Shown here piece by piece: positions 39,175 through 47,699 of a stretch of DNA of 64,000 bases. The DNA lies in contig JBBTCT010000034.1 in assembly GCA_038060895.1 (NCBI GenBank), positions 56,951 through 120,950 on the forward strand, read 5' to 3'. The position numbers and the translations under genes were made by a program. The DNA comes from Planctomycetota bacterium (GTDB taxonomy: Bacteria > Planctomycetota > MHYJ01 > WSZJ01). The notes beneath the pieces are model-generated. The model ran no database searches. It was given only the letters and a program-made list of their open reading frames with translations, and was not told the origin of the DNA. Each line of letters opens with the position of its first letter. Positions within the stretch are counted from its first letter, which is position 1.

Positions 39175-40371
39175 ATGTTCCAACGTCGCCTCTACGAAGG
39201 ACTTCTGAACGCCCACTTCCGCACCCATCGTCAGATGGCGTTCGTCACCGGTCCGCGCCAGGTGGGAAAGACGACAACCTGCCGCTCGCTCGCGGATGTC
39301 TACCTGAGCTGGGACGACGCGAACCAGCGACAGCACGTCCTGGGCGGACCCGACGTGATCGCGAAGCTCCTTGATCTCGAGAAGCCGCGCGAACGGCCGC
39401 CGGTCGTGGTGTTCGACGAACTGCACAAGCACCGGCGGTGGCGCGACTTCCTCAAGGGGTTCTTCGACGTCCACGGCGAGAAGGCGCGCGTGCTCGTGAC
39501 GGGAAGCTCGCGGCTCGGGCTGCTGCGGCGCGGCGACAGCCTCCTTGGGCGGTACTTCCATTACCGGATGCACCCGCTCACGATCGGGGAGCTGATCGAC
39601 CCTTCCCCGCCCGACAAAACGCTGGTCCGGCCACCGCGGGCGCTTCCCGATCCAGAGATCGAAGCGCTTTGGACGCACGGCGGATTTCCGGAGCCGTTCC
39701 TGAAGCGTGACGCCGAATTCTCGACGCTGTGGCGGCGGCAGCGGCGCGAGCTGGTGCTGCGGGAGGACGCGAGGGAACTGACGCGGGTCGCGGACCTCGG
39801 GACGCTCGAAGTCCTGGGGAACATGCTGCACGATCGCTCCTCGGGACAGCTCGTCCTCAGCAACCTCGCCTCCGACCTCGGCGTCTCCGCGCCGACCGCG
39901 AAGGCGTGGGTCGACACGCTCGCGGCGCTCTACGTCGGATTCCTCGTCCGGCCGTGGTTCCGGAACGTCACGAAGTCGCTTCGCAAGGAGCCCAAGTGGT
40001 ACCTGCGCGACTGGTCGGGGATCGCGGACGACGGCGCGCGGGCCGAGACGTTCGTGGCCTGCCACCTGCTGAAGGCGGTGGAGACGTGGGAGGACCGCGG
40101 GCTCGGCGAATTCGAGTTGAGGTATCTGCGGGACAAGGAGAAGCGCGAAGTGGACTTCGTCGTCGTGCGCGACCGGAAGCCGTGGTTCATGGTCGAAGTG
40201 AAGCTCTCGGACGAAGCTCTCTCCCCCGCACTGTCGCATTTCCAGAAGGAGACCGGCGCAGCGCACGCCTTCCAGGTCGTGGTCAACGCGCCCTTCGTCG
40301 CGACGGATCCCTTTGCCCGCAAGGACCCGATCGTGCTGCCGGCGCGGACGCTGCTGTCGCAGCTTCCGTGA
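39175..40371 (+). CDS. AAA_14 ATPase with DUF4143 domain
   Basis: TGPRQVGKTT, VFDELHK, VTGSS, GGFPEP, REVDFVV...VEVK. Confidence 0.9.
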   Translation: MFQRRLYEGLLNAHFRTHRQMAFVTGPRQVGKTTTCRSLADVYLSWDDANQRQHVLGGPDVIAKLLDLEKPRERPPVVVFDELHKHRRWRDFLKGFFDVHGEKARVLVTGSSRLGLLRRGDSLLGRYFHYRMHPLTIGELIDPSPPDKTLVRPPRALPDPEIEALWTHGGFPEPFLKRDAEFSTLWRRQRRELVLREDARELTRVADLGTLEVLGNMLHDRSSGQLVLSNLASDLGVSAPTAKAWVDTLAALYVGFLVRPWFRNVTKSLRKEPKWYLRDWSGIADDGARAETFVACHLLKAVETWEDRGLGEFELRYLRDKEKREVDFVVVRDRKPWFMVEVKLSDEALSPALSHFQKETGAAHAFQVVVNAPFVATDPFARKDPIVLPARTLLSQLP

Positions 40372-40455
40372 GGAGGTGCCGCGTGAATGTCGACGCACCC
40401 GGGAAAGGACAGGCTGGAACGGGTGGATGAGATGGCCCTGATACTATCCCCTGCC

Positions 40456-41073
40456 ATGAAGGATGCGCGCCTGCCTGCTGCCGGTGGAAGCAGGGGTTTC
40501 GGGAGTCGCATGAGCCCGCCCCCCGAGACGGCCCTGATGCTCCGCGAACTCCGCGTCGAGGACGAAGCCTCGTTCAAGGAAGCCGTCGCTGAATTCCGGG
40601 CCTCGCAGCCGGAGTGGGGCTTCGCGTTCCACTTTGACGACACTGCGGACTTCCGCAACTACGTCAGGCGCGTCAACGGCTGGCCGCGTGGAGAGGACCT
40701 GCCGGAGCGGTTCGTGCCAAACACGTTCCTGGTCGGCGTCCTGCAGGGCAAAGTCGTCGGGCGGCTCTCGCTCCGGCACGAGCTGAACGACTTCCTTCTG
40801 CGCATCGGCGGGCACATCGGGTACGGCGTCGTTCCGTCCTGCAGGCGCCGCGGGCACGCGCGCGCCATGCTCCGGCTGTCTCTTCCCGTGGCCCGCTCCC
40901 TCGGGATCGGACGCGTGCTCCTGACGTGCGACGACGACAATCCGGGGTCGATCCGGGTCATTGAGTCCTGCGGAGGCGTGCTGGAGAACGTCCTCATGGA
41001 AGCGGGAATGTCGGTGGGAAAGCGGCGGTACTGGATCGACCTTGCGAAGCCCGCCATCGAGGTGTCGCGGTAA
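40456..41073 (+). CDS. GNAT family acetyltransferase
   Basis: GRLSLRHELNDFL...GGHIGYGVVPSCRRRGHA...TCDDDNPGSIRVIE. Start could be 40456 or 40510. Confidence 0.85.
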   Translation: MKDARLPAAGGSRGFGSRMSPPPETALMLRELRVEDEASFKEAVAEFRASQPEWGFAFHFDDTADFRNYVRRVNGWPRGEDLPERFVPNTFLVGVLQGKVVGRLSLRHELNDFLLRIGGHIGYGVVPSCRRRGHARAMLRLSLPVARSLGIGRVLLTCDDDNPGSIRVIESCGGVLENVLMEAGMSVGKRRYWIDLAKPAIEVSR

Positions 41074-41156
41074 GTTCGGGTGAGCCGGTCGGCGACAGGG
41101 CGGATTGTCGGGAGAATGCCCGGCCACCGCGCCTTTCTCGCAAGGAGGAGACAGCT

Positions 41157-41519
41157 TTGAGTACTGCAGCAGAGCGGGAAGCCGGGACCAGGGCCCTGTG
41201 GCGTATCAGGATGTTCCACACCCTGGCGTGGGCCGTGTTTGCCTCGGCGATCGTGGCGATTCCCATCGTCGTGCTGCTGGGCAGTCTGCGCACGGCTGCC
41301 TGGCTGAGCGCCCTCGTCTGGATCGAGGTCGTAATTCTGCTGGTCAACCGGATGCGCTGCCCCCTCACCGGCGTCGCCGCCCGGTACACGTCCGATCGCG
41401 CGGACAACTTCGACATCTTCCTTCCGCTCTGGCTTGCACGGCACAACAAGCTCCTCTTCGGATGCCTGTTCGTGATCGGCGAAGCGATCCTGGCGTGGAA
41501 ATTGGGATGCGCGTCGTGA
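41157..41519 (+). CDS. Small conserved membrane protein
   Basis: AGGAGG RBS before TTG; CPLTGVAARYT...NFDIFLPLWLA. Confidence 0.7.
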   Translation: MSTAAEREAGTRALWRIRMFHTLAWAVFASAIVAIPIVVLLGSLRTAAWLSALVWIEVVILLVNRMRCPLTGVAARYTSDRADNFDIFLPLWLARHNKLLFGCLFVIGEAILAWKLGCAS

Positions 41520-41593
41520 GCGCGGAATCCTCCTACGTCTTTCGCCCCGCGTTGCTGCACGACGCGGCCTGTCAACTCCAGATCCGCGGCGAC
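41516..41593 (+). pseudogene. Remnant 5' end of the YLFRHALLRDAAY TPR family
   Basis: VSAESSYVFRPALLHDAACQLQIRGD versus MHAETAYLFRHALLRDAAYQLQLPGD. Confidence 0.65.
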
Positions 41594-41708
41594 GGGGTCC
41601 CGAATCGTCGGGGGAGCACGCTCCACGTGCGGCGGCGCCTCGAAGCGCAGCGGCCGGAGGAACGCGATATGATGAAACTCCACTGGCGTTTGCGAGAGGG
41701 CGAAAGCG

Positions 41709-42086
41709 ATGACGTCGCTTGAAGACTGGCCCGGGGCGTACGCGCGGGCGCTCGCTTCGCAGCGCTGGAGCGAGGTGGATCCGCTGGTACACGAGGACGT
41801 CTGCGCGACGTTTTCGGACGGCTCGCGGCACGAGGGCCGCGCGGCGGTCCGCGCCGCGTTCGAACGCAACTTCGCCGCGATCCAGGACGAGCGATACGCG
41901 ATCTCGAATCTTCGATGGATCCGGAGAGGGGTGGACCACGCCCTCTACGTCTTTGACTTCGCGTGGTCCGGCCTGATCGGCGCTCGCCCGGCGAGCGGCG
42001 GGGGGCGAGGGACGACCGCGCTCGTGCGCGATGGCGGCCGCTGGCTCATGATCGCGGAACATCTCGGGCCGAAACCGACCGAATGA
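41709..42086 (+). CDS. NTF2/SnoaL-like protein
   Basis: HEGRAAVRAAFERNF...GRGT...WLMIAEHLG. Confidence 0.8.
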   Translation: MTSLEDWPGAYARALASQRWSEVDPLVHEDVCATFSDGSRHEGRAAVRAAFERNFAAIQDERYAISNLRWIRRGVDHALYVFDFAWSGLIGARPASGGGRGTTALVRDGGRWLMIAEHLGPKPTE

Positions 42087-42994
42087 TCCCCCGCTCAACT
42101 CTGTCGACCCACGGCTACGCCGTTCACGAAGGACTCTTTTCCGCGAACGAGATCGGCGCTCTCAGCACCGCGCTGGACGCCGTCACGAGCGGCGTGCAGC
42201 AGCTCCCAGAGGATCTGCGCGCCCTCCTGACCCTCGAGCGCGACCTGGAACCGAGGCAGCGCGGCGAGATCACGCCCGAACAGGCGGGCGACAACGTCTT
42301 CATCATTGGGGAACTCCAGCGCTTCGCGCCGGCGTGCGAAGCGCTCATCACCCATCCGAAGATCCTCGAGACGCTCGAAGCGCTCTTCGAGTCGCAGGAC
42401 TTTGCGTTTCACTTCATGAACGCAACGATGAAGTCCGCGCTCGTCGGCAGCAAGATCGGGTGGCATCGCGACTGGCCGAACAAGTATCTCTGCGGCACGA
42501 CCTCGAATCAGGTGCGGCTCATGCTCTGTCTCGACGGAATGCGCCGGGGCGAGGGGGCGCTGGACATCGTGCGCGGCACGCACGCGATCAGCGACGAGGA
42601 AGCCAGGACCGCTCGACTGCGCGGCCGAGTGTGGCCCGCCGAGGAGATCGACACGATAGAGTGCGCCCCCGGCGCACTCGTCGCCCTCCACGCGAAGCTC
42701 GTCCACGGCAGCGGCCCCAACCGCTCCCCCCGCCCGCGCCGCAACATCCTTATGCAGTGGGGCGGCCCCGGTTGCGAACTCGTCGGCGAAGCGCGCGAGA
42801 TGCATACGGGGCGGCCTGCAGAGAGACTACGACACGGCACGAGCGAAGGAAACGCTCGCAAAGACCCTCGCGCATATCAAGCCGTGACTGCGGCGGAGCA
42901 GGAACAGGGCGTGAGTTCCAATTCACGACCCCCATCGACGCTCCCAACGACGCTGTGTAAGCTGGACGGAGTCCCGCTTCCAAGGGAGCCCCTC
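42083..42994 (+). CDS. Phytanoyl-CoA dioxygenase (PhyH) family protein; no stop before the next gene
   Basis: GWHRDW (HxD) and LVHGSGPNRSPRPRR; frame runs on into the SRPBCC gene. Confidence 0.75.
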
Positions 42995-43441
42995 ATGCCC
43001 ACAGGCACGGTCCGGTTGCATCGCGTCCTGAAAACCACGCCCGCGAAGCTCTACAGAGCCTTCCTTGACGCCGACGCGATGGCGAAGTGGTTGCCGCCGT
43101 ACGGGTTCACGTGCAAGGTTCACCATCTGGAGCCGAAGGTCGGTGGCACGTTCCGCATGTCGTTCAGAAACTTCGGTTCGGGTACAGGCAACGCGTTCGG
43201 CGGCGAGTACCTCGAGCTGGTGCCGAACGAGCGCCTTCGCTACACGGACCGCTTCGAGGACAAAAACCTTCCGGGCACGCTGACCGTCACGGTCACGCTT
43301 CGCCCGGTGGCCTGCGGCACCGAGCTGACTGTCGTGCAGGAAGGAATCCCGGAGGTGATCCCGGTCGAGATGTGCTACCTCGGCTGGCAAGAATCGCTGG
43401 CGCAGCTCGCGACCCTGGTCGAGCCCGAGATTCCCGGGTAG
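42995..43441 (+). CDS. SRPBCC/AHSA1 domain protein
   Basis: Own RBS AAGGGAG; VRLHRVL...KWLPPYGF...CYLGWQESL. Confidence 0.85.
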   Translation: MPTGTVRLHRVLKTTPAKLYRAFLDADAMAKWLPPYGFTCKVHHLEPKVGGTFRMSFRNFGSGTGNAFGGEYLELVPNERLRYTDRFEDKNLPGTLTVTVTLRPVACGTELTVVQEGIPEVIPVEMCYLGWQESLAQLATLVEPEIPG

Positions 43442-43475
43442 CGAGGGGATGCGAGCCGGGAAATGCTCCGCGGAA

Positions 43476-43515
43476 CCGAAGTCCGGGAGCAGAACCCGCG
43501 TACCTCTTTCGCCAC
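43476..43515 (+). pseudogene. Very short remnant of the TPR-family 5' end
   Basis: GAAGTCC followed by AEPAYLFRH; matches the GAAGTCC-ATG...AETAYLFRH context at 8747. Confidence 0.45.
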
Positions 43516-43522
43516 TCCCCCG

Positions 43523-44182
43523 TTACTTCGGCTGCGGCACCACCCTCAAGTACGGCTTCACCGTCTTCCAGCCGCCCGGGTACTTCTGCTTCGCCTCTTC
43601 GTCCGTCACGGCGGGCACGATGATCACGTCGTCGCCCTGCTTCCAGTTCACGGGGGTCGCGACCTTGTGCTTCGCGGTGAGCTGCATCGAGTCGAGGACG
43701 CGCAGGACTTCGTCGAAGTTCCGGCCCGTGCTCATCGGGTAACTGAGCATCAGCTTGATCTTCTTGTCCGGCCCGACCACGAACACCGTCCGCACCGTCG
43801 CGTTGGTCGCCGCCGTCCTGCCGTCGCAGGTCGTCCCGGCGTCCGCCGGCAGCATGTCCCACGCCTTGGCGACCTTCAACTCCGGGTCGCCGATCATCGG
43901 GTAGTCCACCATCGAGCCCTGCGTCTCCTCGATGTCCTTCTTCCACCTCTCGTGGCTCGCAACCGGGTCCACCGAAAGCCCGATCACCTTCGCGTTCCGC
44001 TTCGCGAACTCCGGCGCCAGCTTCGCCATGTATCCGAGCTCAGTCGTGCACACGGGGGTGAAGTCCTTCGGGTGCGAGAAGAGGATCCCCCAGCCGTCGC
44101 CAAGCCATTTGTGGAACTCGATCGGGCCCTGGGTGGTCTCGGCGGTGAAGTTCGGGGCGTCGTCGTTGATGCGCAGGCTCAT
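43523..44182 (-). CDS. 1-Cys peroxiredoxin (Prx6 family)
   Basis: FSHPKDFTPVCTTEL, YPMSTGRNFDE, VATPVNW. Confidence 0.95.
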   Translation of the reverse strand: MSLRINDDAPNFTAETTQGPIEFHKWLGDGWGILFSHPKDFTPVCTTELGYMAKLAPEFAKRNAKVIGLSVDPVASHERWKKDIEETQGSMVDYPMIGDPELKVAKAWDMLPADAGTTCDGRTAATNATVRTVFVVGPDKKIKLMLSYPMSTGRNFDEVLRVLDSMQLTAKHKVATPVNWKQGDDVIIVPAVTDEEAKQKYPGGWKTVKPYLRVVPQPK

Positions 44183-44322
44183 GGCTGGTCTCCTTGATGG
44201 GGCGGCGCGGGTTGCGCGTGAAGGGTCACGCTTGTAACCGAAAGCGGGGTTCGCTTCCACGACTTGTACAGGAAGAAGTCCGGCTTCGGCAGCGCCAAGG
44301 ACCCGGCGGTATGATCATCGCC

Positions 44323-44982
44323 ATGTCACACGCCGCCGGACATCGCAAGCCTGGTCACACGCATCGCGGCGGCGGACCTGCCCACCACGGCCACTCCTTC
44401 GCGGACGTCGAGAACTGGGTCGCCCGCTTCGAGGGCCCGGAGCGCGACGCCTGGCAGAAGCCCGAAGAGGTCGTGCGCGCCCTCGGGCTCGCGCCGGCGG
44501 CCCGCGTCGCCGAGATCGGCGCCGGCACGGGCTACTTCGCGGTGCGGCTGGCGCGGGCCGTTCCCCGCGGCCAGGTCTGGGGCGTCGACCTGGAGCCCAA
44601 CATGGTGCGGCACCTGGAAGCGCGCGCGGCGCGGGAGGGATTGGCCAACCTGACCGCCGCGTTGGCGAGCGCCGAGGACCCGCGCCTGCCCGAACCGGTG
44701 GACGTCCTGCTGGTGGCCAACACCTACCACCACCTTGAAGCGCGTCCGGCGTACTTCGCCCGGGTCGCGACCGCCCTTGCGCCCGGCGGGCGGCTCGTCA
44801 TCATCGACTTCAGGAAGGGCGACCTGCCCGTCGGTCCGCCCGACGAAATGAAGCTCGCCCCGGAGGTCGTTCGATCCGAACTCGAGTTGTCGGGCCTGGT
44901 TCAGACCGCCGAGGAATCGTTTCTGCCGCACCAGTACTTCCTCGTATTCCGGAAGCGCTCGCCGCGGACGGCTTCTCCGTAA
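44323..44982 (+). CDS. Class I SAM-dependent methyltransferase
   Basis: RDAWQKPEEV, VAEIGAGTGYF, NTYHH, LPHQYFLVF. Confidence 0.9.
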   Translation: MSHAAGHRKPGHTHRGGGPAHHGHSFADVENWVARFEGPERDAWQKPEEVVRALGLAPAARVAEIGAGTGYFAVRLARAVPRGQVWGVDLEPNMVRHLEARAAREGLANLTAALASAEDPRLPEPVDVLLVANTYHHLEARPAYFARVATALAPGGRLVIIDFRKGDLPVGPPDEMKLAPEVVRSELELSGLVQTAEESFLPHQYFLVFRKRSPRTASP

Positions 44983-45074
44983 TCACTGGGCGGCATTTGC
45001 AAATTTCGAATCCGCGATCGCGGGCATAGCGTAACGGGTGAATAAAGACCCGATCTCCTGGTGAGGCTCACCCA

Positions 45075-45206
45075 ATGAAGAAGCTCCCGCTTCCGATCCT
45101 GCTGGCCCTCGCCGGATGCGCGAACGACGCCCAGGTCGCGCAGACGCGGCCCCCAACGTCCAAATATTGTAAATTTCGTAAGATTGGGGGGCTCCGGTCG
45201 ATATGA
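45075..45206 (+). pseudogene. Short lipoprotein-like ORF (43 aa), probably a 5' remnant
   Basis: MKKLPLPILLALAGC lipobox, then runs into an AT-rich promoter-like region. Confidence 0.4.
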
Positions 45207-45261
45207 TGCCGGGGCGTTCAACGACATTATCCGATAGCGGAAAGTCCCTAAGGAGAAATCA

Positions 45262-46020
45262 ATGAGGACGTCTCAGCTCGGGTACCTGGGGTTCCTGGCG
45301 GTGCTGCTGGTTGCCAGCGCACCCCGTCCTGCCGAAGCGGGCTGATGCCGCAAGGCGCGTCCACGTCTGACGTGGTACGAGCCTATTGAAACAAGCCTCC
45401 GTGAAGAGGTTTCAGCGACGGGCCCCGGTGCGACAGAAATCCCCGAGGAGATTCGCAACGAGTTCGGGCTGACGTACTGGGAAAAAGACAACCAGAAGCC
45501 GGGGCTCATCTATTTCTACTGGTCCGATTCTTCGGACCCGCGCGGCAAGAAGAGCCAGGCCTGGAATCGGGATCTCTTTGACACCGAGGACGTGGCCCGC
45601 GCTTCGAAGCACTTTCTCTGCCTCAAGGTCGACGGCGCGAGGCAGGATGCGGCGCTCCTGAAGAAGCGCGGCCTGGATCCGGCGAAATTGCCGGCGCTCG
45701 TCGTGACCAGCCCCACCGGTAAATTTGTCTGCATCCTTCCCGAGGTGAAGAGCAACGTGGCGCTGAAGGACGCCCTCGAGGAGGCCGTGGCAAAGCACTT
45801 TCCGGCGCTCTGGAAGTCGTACGATCAGGTTTACCTGGAACTCGAGAAGCTGCTGGATGCGGCCCGCGAGGACTACAAGAAGAACAACTACGAGGCCGCC
45901 CTCGAGAAATTGACCAAGGTCATCGAGAATCCGGTGCGCACTTCCCTGATCGAGCGCGCGGAGGAGTTGCAGGATGTCGTCCGGACCAAGCTGGACAACC
46001 TGGACCGGAAGCAGAAGTAA
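45262..46020 (+). CDS. Putative exported selenoprotein, 252 aa, mature N-terminus Gly-Sec-Cys, thioredoxin-like fold plus helical tail; TGA 45343-45345
   Basis: AAGGAG RBS, signal peptide ending AEA, then GGC-TGA-TGC. Frame stays open to TAA 46020 and joins ORF 45592..46020. Confidence 0.8.
45354..45383 (+). promoter_or_regulatory. Candidate bacterial SECIS hairpin
   Basis: GGC-G-CGT-CCACGT-CTG-ACGTGG-T-ACG-A-GCC: long stem with a bulged U, apex about 21 nt after the TGA. Confidence 0.65.
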
Positions 46021-46037
46021 GCCGAACTGACTTGAAT

Positions 46038-46077
46038 CGGGCCGGGCCGGCATTCGTCGGCCCGGCCCGTTCTTTTT
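46038..46077 (+). terminator. Rho-independent terminator
   Basis: CGGGCCGGGCCGGC-ATTC-GTCGGCCCGGCCCG followed by TTCTTTTT. Confidence 0.85.
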
Positions 46078-46219
46078 CCGGGCCTGCCATCGCGGCGCGG
46101 TCCGCCCTCGCGTCCGGCTCGACGCGGCTGCCCTTGATTTGCGCCGGCGCATGGCCCTACAGTGTGACGCCGCTTCTGCGAAGTCCGGTTTCCCAGTTCC
46201 CTGCTCCAAGGAGTCCAGC

Positions 46220-47011
46220 ATGCCGGTGAAAACGAAGCCTGCGCCCGCCGCGAAGGCGAAAAAAGCCCCGGCGACCCGCATGACGCTGGCCGAAACGATG
46301 GCCGCCCTGAAGAAGGCGGGGTCGGAACAGACCCGGAAGACTTACGCGCGGCATGGCGCAGAGGCGCCGATGTTTGGCGTAAGCTTCGCGACGCTCAAAA
46401 CGCTTTACAACCGGATCAAGGTCGACCATGACCTGGCGCTGGCGCTCTGGGACACAGGCAACTTCGACGCGCGAAATCTGGCAGTGAAGATCGTCGACCC
46501 CGCGAAAATGTCCCCTGCGGACCTGGACCGGTGGGCGAAGTCGCCGACGGCGAGCATGTGCGGCGGATACGTCGCGCACGTCGCGGTCGAGGGGCCGCAC
46601 GCGCGCGCGAAGGCCGACGCCTGGTTGACCGCGACGAATGAGTGGCTTCGCTGTTCGGGATGGCGCCTGGTCGCCGCCATGGCGCAGAAAGACGAAGCGA
46701 CGCCGGAAGGCTGGTTCCTTGAGCGGCTGGCCGAGATCGAAAAGACCATTCACACCGCGCCGAATGCCGAGCGCGCGACGATGAACCAGACCGTCATAGC
46801 GATCGGCTGCCGAAGTGCTTCCCTGCGCAAAGCCGCAACGGCCGCCGCGAAGCGCATCGGGAAAGTGGAGGTCGATCACGGCGACACGAGCTGCGAAACC
46901 CCGGACTCGGCGCAGTACATCGACAAGGCGTGGGCGCATTCCACCTCGAAGAAATTCGAGAGCCCCGCGGCGCACGAGCGGTCGAGGGAGTCGATGCGGA
47001 CGCGCTGTTAG
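46220..47011 (+). CDS. DNA alkylation repair (AlkD-like) protein
   Basis: FGVSFATLK...IKVDHDLALALWDTGNFDARNLA...IGKVEVDHGDTSCETP. Confidence 0.85.
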   Translation: MPVKTKPAPAAKAKKAPATRMTLAETMAALKKAGSEQTRKTYARHGAEAPMFGVSFATLKTLYNRIKVDHDLALALWDTGNFDARNLAVKIVDPAKMSPADLDRWAKSPTASMCGGYVAHVAVEGPHARAKADAWLTATNEWLRCSGWRLVAAMAQKDEATPEGWFLERLAEIEKTIHTAPNAERATMNQTVIAIGCRSASLRKAATAAAKRIGKVEVDHGDTSCETPDSAQYIDKAWAHSTSKKFESPAAHERSRESMRTRC

Positions 47012-47150
47012 GCCGGGCCGGCGCCCGGGGATGCGCCAGGATCCTCGAGCCGTTCCACCCCGAGCGGACGGCACGCTTCGGTCAGGGCGCTTCGCCGGCT
47101 GGCGAGCGTGCCGTGAGGGCGGCGCATGCGCGCCGCCCCCACGCTGGACG

Positions 47151-47600
47151 CTATTTCGAAGCAAACCGCCACTTGCCGTCCACCTTGACCATCCGGAACT
47201 TTTCGCCCTCGTCCTCTTCCTTCCCGTCCTTCATCTTGAATTTCATTCTCGTGGCAACCTCCGCCTTGTCGCCATCGACCTTGATGTCGGCCTCGTTGAA
47301 TGAAATCGTGATGGTCATGCCGTCCTTCTTCATCTCGTCGATTTCCTTCTGCATCTTCCCTTCCTTCCACGCCTCGACCGTGTAGCACGCCTCGAACTTG
47401 GCGGGGTCCATCGATGCGAACGCTTCCTGAAGCGCCTTCATCGCACCCTGGGGCGTGGACATATCCGGTCCGGAAGAGCCTCCTCCGCCGCCGGAGGTGC
47501 CGCCCGTGTTGCCGGTACCGCCGGAGTCGTCCTTGCCGCAACCGCCCGCGAAAACCGTCAAGGCCATCACCAGTGCGGCCAGCGTGCATGTCTTCAGCAT
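47151..47600 (-). CDS. Lipoprotein with NTF2-like (DUF4878-like) domain
   Basis: Lipobox-like AGGC, Gly-rich linker, C-terminal MVKVDGKWRF. Confidence 0.75.
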   Translation of the reverse strand: MLKTCTLAALVMALTVFAGGCGKDDSGGTGNTGGTSGGGGGSSGPDMSTPQGAMKALQEAFASMDPAKFEACYTVEAWKEGKMQKEIDEMKKDGMTITISFNEADIKVDGDKAEVATRMKFKMKDGKEEDEGEKFRMVKVDGKWRFASK

Positions 47601-47699
47601 GGTCTCTCCCTTGGATGGATTGAAACGGGGACTGGGAAAACTTCAGGGGCGTGCATCGTAGTGGCGCGCCCTCTTTGATTCCAGCGGTTGCGGGCGAGG

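Noticed and set aside
900-46020. Alternative genetic code (TGA as Trp or Gly) explaining the in-frame TGAs
   Set aside because: Many complete genes end in TGA, often in ATGA overlaps, TGG is used for Trp throughout, and the internal TGAs occur once per gene in Cys-like contexts.
22600-47200. Integron cassette array
   Set aside because: Many small cassette-like genes, but no integrase and no paired RYYYAAC...GTTRRRY attC sites were found; gene orientations are mixed.
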